A stretch of DNA of 64,000 nucleotides. Origin: a candidate division CPR2 bacterium GW2011_GWC2_39_35. GTDB taxonomy: Bacteria; Patescibacteriota; CPR2. A program made the translations under genes and the position numbers. Positions within the stretch are counted from its first letter, which is position 1, and each line of letters starts with the position of its first letter. Below are positions 29,510 to 37,873 of this stretch, in pieces. The notes below the pieces were generated by a model. The model had not been told where the DNA came from. It saw only the letters and a list, made by a program, of their open reading frames with translations, and did not search any database. The stretch is from NCBI GenBank assembly GCA_000995065.1, contig LBWX01000001.1:159563-223562 (forward strand), in the 5' to 3' direction.

Positions 29510-30713
29510 ATGAACATTTTATTTATTAGTCCAAATTCGCCCTTTGAAAGTATCGGCGGCGTCGAGCGTTATCTTGTCAATCTAATGGATTATTTTGAAA
29601 ATAAAAAGGAGTTTGAGATTATAGTTGTCTTGCCAACTTCCGGCAAAAGTTACTCTGAGAAAAAGAGTCATCTAACCATTTATTTTGATGAAAATCTAAA
29701 TTTGGCAAGTGGCTTGGGCGGCAAAAAAGCGATTCCCAACAAGGCTCTCTTATTTTCAAAAGAAATCGAAAATATTATCAAAAAACATGACATCGAAATA
29801 ATCTGCGCCGAAAATTTTCATCTTGGCTTGCCTCCTGCTTATAGCTTGCTTCTTAATATGGTGGCGGGATTAAATAATATCCCGTTGGTTTTAAGAGTTC
29901 ACTCGTTTGCAACTACTCCCTTGCAAGTAGAACTTATCAGTCAGCTAATGTGGAAACGCATCAGTTGTGTCAGTAAAAGCGTAACGGGCGACTGCTTTCA
30001 TAAAGGCGCGGATATAGATAGCTTGCTCACAGATTACCTGGGCGTAAACACTACCACTTTTAAAGACAATCCAAATATCTAGTCAGATAAGAAAAAAATT
30101 AAGCCTATCGTCCGAACATCAAATTGTTCTTACGGCTACCAGAATAATAACGGGTACAAAAAATATCCTTCAGGAAAAAGGGCTGATCAATTTGATTCAA
30201 GCATTTTCAAAAATATCTCCTCGTTATCCAAATTTAAGGCTGCTTATTGCAGTTGGGAAGCCGCCGGTAAGGCTTATTAATGAATTTAATCGAGCGCATG
30301 AGATGCTTATGGGTTATATTAAGCTTCATAATATTGAATCCAAAACAATTGTAAAAACATTTACGTTAGATGAAATGCCCCTGGTTTATAGAGAATCCGA
30401 TGTCTTTGTTTTGCCTTCCGAAAACGAAACATTTGGCCAGGTATTTATTGAGGCTATGGCCAGCGGTTTGCCGGTTATAGGCACCAAAGTTGGAGGTATA
30501 CCCGAGATTATCAGTGATTCATACAATGGCTATCTAATTCCACCGGATGATTCTAGCATGCTCGCACAAAGAATAGAGAAACTTATAACTGATAATGAAA
30601 CTAGAGATAAGTTTATTAAGGCCGGTATAAAAACGGTTAAAAATAAATTTGCCCTCGAAGAACAATTCCTTAATTTTACTAAAATGCTAGAAGCAACCAT
30701 CTCTGCTGGTTAA
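29510..30713 (+). pseudogene. GT4 glycosyltransferase with a frameshift near 30060-30082
   Basis: N-half has GGVERY; C-half (EKGL, PSENETFG..FIEAMASG.PV) is in the +1 frame and already open at ~30063. Confidence 0.8.
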
Positions 30714-30775
30714 TATTTTTTCAACTCGCAAGCAATAGCCCCAATTCTTTTTAAGGATGTGCAACATCGGGGTTA

Positions 30776-31609
30776 TTATTTTAAATCAAACAGTTGTTTC
30801 TTATGCTTAGAGATAGTTCTTCCACTTAAGGCAGCGATCATGAGTAGAAGACCAAGAATAAGAGTATAGACATAGGTTTTCTGAACTGTTGGTAATATAA
30901 GTGGCAATACGTTAGATAAAGCATAAGAAACAGAAGCTCCCAATCCTTCGCCGCTTGGAGTCTTAAGCGGGTGAGATTTTGCAGCCATATTGATAAAAGA
31001 AACGAAAACAGCCGGCAAAAAGCTAGCCAGAAAAAGAATGAATCCGGGCGCAAAAAGTCTACCGAACCTTTTGCTAAAATAGGCAACAAGGGAGATAGAA
31101 ACTAGAGAAATAACAAGAAAAACGAACGAAAATAGACTAAGAGTTTTATGATTCTTTGCACTGATAATTGTAAGTATTCCCGCTTCTTTTTTCATTTTTT
31201 TGACGAGCTCCGGATCATGAGATAATATATTTACCCCTTCAAGTCCATTATCATAAGCTGGCTCGACTATTTGTCTAAAAATATACATTCTTAGCTCGCG
31301 AGGAGTCCTGGTGTTTAAGTCTGTTTCACTGACATATATTTCTAAATTTGGGATGGGCTTAAACTTGCCATCCGGAGAGCTTTTAATCTTTTTCCTAACT
31401 TCGTCAAAATCCTTAGCATCATCCAATCCCTGACGACTAAAAGAAGTAGCTACAATTGTTGTCATAAGCTCGACACCAGGATTTTTGGCGGTAATGAATG
31501 ATAAATTAAAGAGAAGCAAAGTGACGCTTAACAAAAAAACCGATTTTATGCCAAAGATCCATTTTGCATCCACGTGCCAATATGACCTTGTTTTTTCTTT
31601 TTTCTCCAT
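30776..31609 (-). CDS. Multi-pass membrane protein
   Basis: About four hydrophobic segments. Confidence 0.65.
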   Translation of the reverse strand: MEKKEKTRSYWHVDAKWIFGIKSVFLLSVTLLLFNLSFITAKNPGVELMTTIVATSFSRQGLDDAKDFDEVRKKIKSSPDGKFKPIPNLEIYVSETDLNTRTPRELRMYIFRQIVEPAYDNGLEGVNILSHDPELVKKMKKEAGILTIISAKNHKTLSLFSFVFLVISLVSISLVAYFSKRFGRLFAPGFILFLASFLPAVFVSFINMAAKSHPLKTPSGEGLGASVSYALSNVLPLILPTVQKTYVYTLILGLLLMIAALSGRTISKHKKQLFDLK

Positions 31610-31731
31610 ATTAATATTCTAGCGTAAAATATTCGGTTTGACGATAAAGAAGGGGATATTAAGTAACTATTATTAGCCGAATAACCAAAGAAACAGTTAA
31701 AAGATAGCATAAAATAAAATTAGGAGGTTTT

Positions 31732-31986
31732 ATGTGTCCGTTTTGTCCGCATAATTTTGGTTTAGGATTTGGTCAAACAGCGTTTTGGGTTGGTACCGTG
31801 CTTAGTATTCTTTTTTGGTCGGCTTTTATCTACTTTATTTATTGGCTCATAAAAAGAGCTGGGTGGCTGGAGCGACCCGAAGCAAGAGGTCGGGAAAATG
31901 CCCTGAGAATTTTAGACGAGCGTTTTGCTAAAGGCGAGATCGATAAAAAAGAATACGAGGAAAGAAAAAGAGATCTACAAAAATAA
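31732..31986 (+). CDS. SHOCT-domain membrane protein
   Basis: A..IL.ERFAKGEI...EY. Confidence 0.85.
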   Translation: MCPFCPHNFGLGFGQTAFWVGTVLSILFWSAFIYFIYWLIKRAGWLERPEARGRENALRILDERFAKGEIDKKEYEERKRDLQK

Positions 31987-32903
31987 TGGAGCACGGTTAT
32001 CACGGAACCACAACTAACATTAAAGCCTTGCGTATCAGTGCTATCCTCATCTTTGTATATTTTATTTTTGAAATTATCGTTGCTTTTATAACCCATAGTT
32101 TAGCCTTATTGGCTGACGCCGCTCACGAATTATCAACTGTTGTGGCTATTGGAATCTCGCTAATTGCTATAGAGTTAGGCGCTAGAAAACCAACACCGGA
32201 AAGAACTTTTGGATTTTTAAGGCTAGAAGTCGTAGCCGCTTTTGTTAATGGCCTGCTTCTTTTGGGAATGGCAGGTTTTATCTTAACTCGCGGTTTTAAT
32301 AGGGTGATGCATCCCATCGAGATTCCATCTACACCAATGTTTATTGTTGGTATTGGTGGAATAGGGCTAGAAATTGCCGCTCTTTACATAATGTATCGCG
32401 GCCAAAAAGAGAACTTAAACATCAGGGGCGCTTTCTGGCATGTTGTTAATGCTTTTATGGGGAGCATTGCCGTAATCCTTGCTGCAACTTTTATCTTTTT
32501 TGGCCGTGTTTTTGTGGCTGATGCTTGGGCCGGCATCATCTTTGCTTTTGTATTAATTTGGGCTTCTTATGGGCTTATTAGGGATTCTTTTAATATCCTA
32601 ATCGATACCACCCCCAAAAACATATATCTAGTTGATATCGAAAGAGATCTAAAGAATATAAACGGCGTTATAGAAACTCACCATCTTCATGCCAGAGCGG
32701 TAGCCGAAAATATCAAAACCTTTAGCGGACACCTAATAGTTAAAGACCTAAAAGATTCTGAAAGAATTCTAAGAGAAGCAAAGGAAATTTTAGATATAAA
32801 ATATAAGTTTTCCTTGTCAACTATCCAGCTAGAAAACGAGGAGTTGGCGGAAAGTGACACAAAGGAGCTAGAATACGGGGAAAGAGATCACGTGGACCAC
32901 TGA
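31986..32903 (+). CDS. CDF-family metal efflux transporter (CzcD/ZitB-like)
   Basis: SLALLADA.H, TFG..R.E, N.RGA..HV. Confidence 0.9.
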   Translation: MEHGYHGTTTNIKALRISAILIFVYFIFEIIVAFITHSLALLADAAHELSTVVAIGISLIAIELGARKPTPERTFGFLRLEVVAAFVNGLLLLGMAGFILTRGFNRVMHPIEIPSTPMFIVGIGGIGLEIAALYIMYRGQKENLNIRGAFWHVVNAFMGSIAVILAATFIFFGRVFVADAWAGIIFAFVLIWASYGLIRDSFNILIDTTPKNIYLVDIERDLKNINGVIETHHLHARAVAENIKTFSGHLIVKDLKDSERILREAKEILDIKYKFSLSTIQLENEELAESDTKELEYGERDHVDH

Positions 32904-33105
32904 CATCTTAAAGTAACCAATTTCAATTTGATAATAATAAAGGGCAGAAGATCTCCCCCCCCAACTGTCGTCCTGGCCGGACAGCGGGAGATTTTACAAC
33001 AAAAAAGGAATTCCGAGCCGAGCCAAACTTTAATAATATTTTGATAAACTATTTAAATTTTTTGGATTTACTTATATAATAGATGCTGTTAAAAAGAGGA
33101 TTACG

Positions 33106-33957
33106 ATGAATATATTAAAAACTTTTTTACTTCTAGGACTTCTCTCCGCCCTGATGGTACTTTTAGGAAAAACTTTTGGCGGCCAAACAGGAATGCTTAT
33201 CATGCTTGGCATATCCTTAGCTATGAACTTTTTCGGCTACTGGTTTTCGGATAAAATGGTACTTAAGATGACCAAGGCCAAACCGGTAAGCAAAGATAAA
33301 GAACGGGAATTGTATCATATGGTAGAAGAGATTTCCCATAGTGCCGGCATACCTGTTCCAAAAATTTACATGACAGACGATATGCAGCCCAATGCGTTTG
33401 CTACCGGCAGAAACCATAACCACGCAGTTGTTGCCGTAACTAGGGGGTTAATGGAGCTAGTCGATAAAAATGAGCTTAAGGGAGTAATTGCGCACGAGAT
33501 TGCGCACGTAAAAAATCGAGATATTTTAATAGGGTCCGTTGCCGCAATGATGGCCGGCGTAATCTCATACCTTGCCCAGATTGCCCAATGGGGCGCTATG
33601 TTCGGTGGTTTTGGCGGAGATGACGAAGAAGATGGGGGAAATATCGTTGGCACGCTAGTTTTAGCAATTGTCGCTCCCATTGCCGCCATGCTGGTGCAGA
33701 TGGCTATTTCCAGATCCAGGGAGTTTCATGCTGATGCCACTGGCGCCAGCTTTGCAAAAGATACCCAGGGATTATCCAGTGCCCTAGAGAAACTAGAAGT
33801 AGCCTCCAAGCGAATTCCAATGCGTCACGCCAATCCGTCTACGGCCCATATGTATATCTCCAATCCTTTAAGGGGTAGGGGAATGTTATCACTTTTTAGC
33901 ACCCACCCGACAACAAAAGCCCGGGTAGAAAAGCTTAGAGCTCTTAAAATCACTTAA
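33106..33957 (+). CDS. htpX: Zinc metalloprotease HtpX
   Basis: PNAFATGR, AHEIAH, SRSRE..AD, FSTHP. Confidence 0.95.
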   Translation: MNILKTFLLLGLLSALMVLLGKTFGGQTGMLIMLGISLAMNFFGYWFSDKMVLKMTKAKPVSKDKERELYHMVEEISHSAGIPVPKIYMTDDMQPNAFATGRNHNHAVVAVTRGLMELVDKNELKGVIAHEIAHVKNRDILIGSVAAMMAGVISYLAQIAQWGAMFGGFGGDDEEDGGNIVGTLVLAIVAPIAAMLVQMAISRSREFHADATGASFAKDTQGLSSALEKLEVASKRIPMRHANPSTAHMYISNPLRGRGMLSLFSTHPTTKARVEKLRALKIT

Positions 33958-33991
33958 GCGAGAACAGGGATAAAAAAAGCATCTTGTTTTC

Positions 33992-34039
33992 GGGTTCGGT
34001 AACCGGAATTTTTGTTTTCCGGTTACCGGAGACCCTTTT
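33992..34039. terminator. Bidirectional terminator
   Basis: CGGTAACCGGAA/TTCCGGTTACCG, 12-bp perfect IR. Confidence 0.75.
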
Positions 34040-34082
34040 ACAAAATGCCATTTGCGTTATCTTTTTGCAGTACACTATTTGA

Positions 34083-34181
34083 TCATGCGTCATACGTGCC
34101 TTCATGAATCCCGCAACCGCCTATTATGGTTACCGGCCCACTCATGTCTAATGGAATATTATTGTCAGCGTTCTCAGACAT
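34083..34181 (-). CDS. 32-aa small ORF MSENADNNIPLDMSGPVTIIGGCGIHEGTYDA
   Basis: AAGGAGGTG SD just upstream of the ATG; below the ORF-track cutoff. Confidence 0.45.
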   Translation of the reverse strand: MSENADNNIPLDMSGPVTIIGGCGIHEGTYDA

Positions 34182-34244
34182 TACACACCTCCTTTCGTGA
34201 ATCGATGCCTAACTTTCTGACTTTGCTTCTACAAAGAATTACCG

Positions 34245-35060
34245 CTACCAGCTCCACTTCCTCAATATATCTCCGATTACAAAACCAGATCCTTGTTTGC
34301 CAACCGTAAAGCCGCTTTCACCCTGTAATTTCTGCTGGTTCTTACTAAGCAGTTGATCCAAGAGGTCATGCATGATTTTTGGATTTATCGTCTGTGCTAC
34401 AACACATCTCTTAAATAGATCATTCTCGTAGAAAGCTAGGACAAGAAACCCGTTCCTGTAAATAGTGTAGGAGAAATGCGTTCCCCTTGTCGAGTCCTTG
34501 CACTCGGAAAGATAACAATCCACCATCGCAACAATTGGACAATTTGACAGATCTTCTTCAACCACCTTCGACAACCGCAAGCATTTTTTCATTGCCTGAT
34601 GCACAGTATGCAGCTGTTTTTTGTCGGTTATCGGTATGCTAGCGCCATCCGAAATTCGATCAATCCAAATACGCTTAACGCCGTAAAAACAGACTTCTTC
34701 TGGGCTTGCCGGCACTTCTCTTAGAAAGGTCATTAACATGGAAGTATCGGCCGCTCGATAAGTATCGTACGAGAACATGTCAATCGGATTCGTATTATAG
34801 CAAATTAGCCCTTCGGAAATTTCGATGTCTACACCTCTACAACAACCATCGTCATAAACGCCGATTCGAAATCCTGGCCCCGACGTATCCGGAAAATATG
34901 TACTACCCGATGTTTCTAATGATTCCAGAAGCAGACCTTTAAATTTGGCTAACAATTCCGGAATGTATACCTGCTTTTCTTTTTCTTCTCTACCTGCTTC
35001 TCTTTCCTCAATTTTAAGACATGTTACTTCTTCTAATAAACTACCGAGTTCATAATCCAT
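34245..35060 (-). CDS. Hypothetical protein (orphan-like)
   Basis: 271-aa ORF with no recognised motif. Confidence 0.55.
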   Translation of the reverse strand: MDYELGSLLEEVTCLKIEEREAGREEKEKQVYIPELLAKFKGLLLESLETSGSTYFPDTSGPGFRIGVYDDGCCRGVDIEISEGLICYNTNPIDMFSYDTYRAADTSMLMTFLREVPASPEEVCFYGVKRIWIDRISDGASIPITDKKQLHTVHQAMKKCLRLSKVVEEDLSNCPIVAMVDCYLSECKDSTRGTHFSYTIYRNGFLVLAFYENDLFKRCVVAQTINPKIMHDLLDQLLSKNQQKLQGESGFTVGKQGSGFVIGDILRKWSW

Positions 35061-35190
35061 CCGCTGTCACCCCGATTCCTTATTGTTTTTTTATCATAAG
35101 ACCAAGTTATAAAGGCACAATCAATCGCCGTTTTAGATATGGATTATATCAGAGATATGGCCATCTCTCAAGAAAAACGAGGCAAAATTA

Positions 35191-35219
35191 TTGACAAAAG
35201 CATAAAATTAGCGTAGAAT
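35191..35219 (+). promoter_or_regulatory. sigma70 promoter of typA
   Basis: TTGACA-17 bp-TAGAAT. Confidence 0.75.
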
Positions 35220-35373
35220 AATGAGGTTGTTAATTACTAAATTTTTCCACTAGACTCGCCTTCGAAATAACCTTCGAACAGGCAGGTATACCTAGAGAAA
35301 TGCCAACAGAAAAGGCTTTTTTTATCCGTTGGAGCCGGATTTCGCATTAAATAATAAAGGATTGGTACTCAAT

Positions 35374-37185
35374 ATGAATTTAAGAAACGTTGCCATTATT
35401 GCTCACGTAGACCACGGAAAAACCACTCTAGTCGATGGTTTACTCAAACAATCTAAAACTTTTAGAGAAAACGAGGCGGCTTTTAGTCAGACTCTTATTA
35501 TGGACTCCAACGATCAGGAGCGCGAAAGAGGCATTACTATTTTATCCAAAAATACAGCCGTTAAATATGGGGAAACCAAAATTAATATTATTGACACCCC
35601 GGGACACGCCGATTTTGGCGGAGAAGTAGAAAGAATTTTAAATATGGCAGACGGCGCCATCCTCGTAGTTGATGCCCAGGAAGGCCCAATGCCGCAAACC
35701 AAATTTGTATTGAAAAAAGCCTTAGAGATTGGCCTAAAGCCGATTGTAGTCATAAATAAAATTGATAAGCCTAATTCTAGAATTGATGAAGTAATTTCTA
35801 AGACTAGCGATTTGTTTTTAGACTTAGCTACCAATACCGACCAGTTAGACTTTCCTGTTTATTATGCCGTTGGACGTGATGGAAAAGCCTGGAATGAAAT
35901 GCCGGAAAATTCTGACGAAATAGCCGACCTTACACCTGTTTTTGATGCTATTTTAAATCATGTTCCGGCTCCGGACGTAGCGCATGACGAACCTTTTCAG
36001 ATGCTTGTTACCTCGCTAGACCGAGACAGTTTTCAGGGCAAACACGTAATTGGCCGCATTAAGCGCGGCTTCATTAAGCCTGGAACCACCATCACCTTGA
36101 TTAAAAAAGATGGTACTACCGAGCAATCTAGAATCGATAAGGTTTACGTTTCTCAAGGATTAAAAAAGATCGAAATCGAAGAGGCTAACGCCGGAGAGAT
36201 TGTATCTCTAACCGGTGTAAGAAACGCAAGCATCGGCGATACTATAGCCGATAGCCAGAACCCGGAAGCCTTGCCAACCATCGAAATCGAAGAACCTACC
36301 TTAAAAATGTCTGTTGGCGCAAATACATCTCCGTTTGCCGGCAAAGAAGGTCAATTTGTAACCAGCCGTCAGATCTTGGAAAGAATCAATAAAGAGCTAG
36401 AAACCAATGTTTCTCTAAAAATGGAGATGGGAGGAGAGGGGAACTATATTCTTTCCGGACGTGGCGAGCTTCATTTGTCGGTATTCATCGAAAACTTGAG
36501 ACGCGAAGGTTTTGAGCTTCAGGTTGGAAAACCTCAGGTAATTACTAAGATTGTTAGTGGCAAGGAGAATGAACCAATAGAGGAATTAACGATAGATGTT
36601 GCTACCGAGCATGTCGGAGCGGTAACCTCAGAAGTTGGCCGTCGTAAAGGCAACTTGCTAGCCCAAGAAGAGAATGCCGATAGCACTACAAGGCTTATGT
36701 TTGAAATCTCAACTAGAGGTTTGTTAGGCCTTAGAAACCAGCTTTTAACTTTGTCGCGCGGCACAGCCATCATGAACTCTCTATTTCTAAGATTCCAGCC
36801 GGTTGGCGCACCTATTCCACGTCTCCGAAATGGCGCCCTAATTGCCAGCGAGCCGGGCAAAGCCGTGGCTTATGGTCTTAATAACGCCCAAGCGAGAGGA
36901 ACAGTCTTTATTAATCCCCAGACACAAGTGTACGAGGGAATGATTGTAGGCCTAAATGCCCGTGAAGGCGACCTAGAAATAAATGTAACTAAAGAAAAGA
37001 AGCTTACCAATGTCAGGGCTTCTAGTTCCGATGAGGCCATTGCCCTAACTCCGCCAACAGTTTTATCCCTAGAACAGTCCTTGGACTTCTTGGAAGATGA
37101 CGAACTCTTAGAAGTAACTCCGAAATACTTAAGACTCAGAAAGAGGCTCTTAAATGCAACAGCGAGATCTAGAGCAAGGAAATAA
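35374..37185 (+). CDS. typA: Translational GTPase TypA/BipA
   Basis: RNVAIIAHVDHGKTT, RERGITI, DTPGH, GRGELHL, ELLEVTP..LRLRK; ATG at 35374. Confidence 0.97.
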   Translation: MNLRNVAIIAHVDHGKTTLVDGLLKQSKTFRENEAAFSQTLIMDSNDQERERGITILSKNTAVKYGETKINIIDTPGHADFGGEVERILNMADGAILVVDAQEGPMPQTKFVLKKALEIGLKPIVVINKIDKPNSRIDEVISKTSDLFLDLATNTDQLDFPVYYAVGRDGKAWNEMPENSDEIADLTPVFDAILNHVPAPDVAHDEPFQMLVTSLDRDSFQGKHVIGRIKRGFIKPGTTITLIKKDGTTEQSRIDKVYVSQGLKKIEIEEANAGEIVSLTGVRNASIGDTIADSQNPEALPTIEIEEPTLKMSVGANTSPFAGKEGQFVTSRQILERINKELETNVSLKMEMGGEGNYILSGRGELHLSVFIENLRREGFELQVGKPQVITKIVSGKENEPIEELTIDVATEHVGAVTSEVGRRKGNLLAQEENADSTTRLMFEISTRGLLGLRNQLLTLSRGTAIMNSLFLRFQPVGAPIPRLRNGALIASEPGKAVAYGLNNAQARGTVFINPQTQVYEGMIVGLNAREGDLEINVTKEKKLTNVRASSSDEAIALTPPTVLSLEQSLDFLEDDELLEVTPKYLRLRKRLLNATARSRARK

Positions 37186-37476
37186 ATAGGCGAATAGGTT
37201 AATTGGTTGATGGGCTAATAGGGAAATAAGATGTCTTGTTGTTTGAGCGAAGAGCTACCTTGACCAGAATTAAGAGTCAAGAATTATGAATAGAGAAAAG
37301 ACGAAAGAGGCCCCTTAAACCGGGGCTTTTTAATGCAAAAATCCCCTAGGCCAACCCAGGTCTTCTCGGCAGGAAAATATCAAGAAAAATGTCATTCCCG
37401 ACTAGACCATTAAAAAATATAATCCGTTGATCAGGAATCTAGAACTTTTTATTGAATTGTTCTATTTAGGAAAAGG

Positions 37477-37759
37477 GCGCACAGAGCTTTTGAAATTACT
37501 TAGGATCAGTTATAACCTTCGAGCACCTTTTCCGGTTGTGTGTTTGTTCTCTTTTTGCGATGTGCTACTTTCACAGGACGGTATTCCACCAGCGACTCCA
37601 CGAAAACTGGCGCCTTCGTTTCTTTGTCTCCCGTCTATCCTTTACTTATGAAAGCTACTTCTCCAGCCAGCAGGTAGGACTTGAACCTAACCATTGGTCC
37701 CTTAGTTATAGATTTATCAATTGAGGCATTTAACTAAGCAACTGTTTTATCTGTGCGCT
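37477..37759 (-). ncRNA. Candidate ~283-nt structured ncRNA containing a 23S rRNA L1-stalk-like module and a tRNA-type T-arm
   Basis: Own promoter; 9-bp terminal helix GCGCACAGA/UCUGUGCGC; CAGUUG/UAACUG; CUUAGUUA/UAACUAAG; UAGG-UUCAAGU-CCUA; H76-H78-like module at 37655-37567; no minus-strand ORF of 60 aa or more. Confidence 0.75.
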
Positions 37760-37765
37760 GCTGGT

Positions 37766-37794
37766 ATTATAACAATAAATTCCATATTTGGCAA
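37766..37794 (-). promoter_or_regulatory. sigma70 promoter of the candidate ncRNA
   Basis: TTGCCA-17 bp-TATAAT with extended TGn; predicted +1 at 37759/37758 coincides with the start of the terminal helix. Confidence 0.8.
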
Positions 37795-37873
37795 AGGAGA
37801 ATTAAGATAACTTCTCCATAAAATCGAAGAATAATATTGAGTGCTTGATGCGTTAAATATGTAAGTCGCGAAT

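Noticed and set aside
37427-37724. Plus-strand ORFs 37427-37651 and 37536-37724
   Set aside because: TTG starts, no RBS, unnatural composition; antisense to the structured RNA
37477-37759. Calling the RNA tmRNA, 6S, SRP or canonical RNase P
   Set aside because: No GGGG alanyl acceptor or CCA, and the GCA-started frame (AKREQTHNRKRCSKVITDPK) is not tag-like; not a single rod as in 6S; no SRP domain IV motif; no GAGGAAAGUCC or P4 pseudoknot
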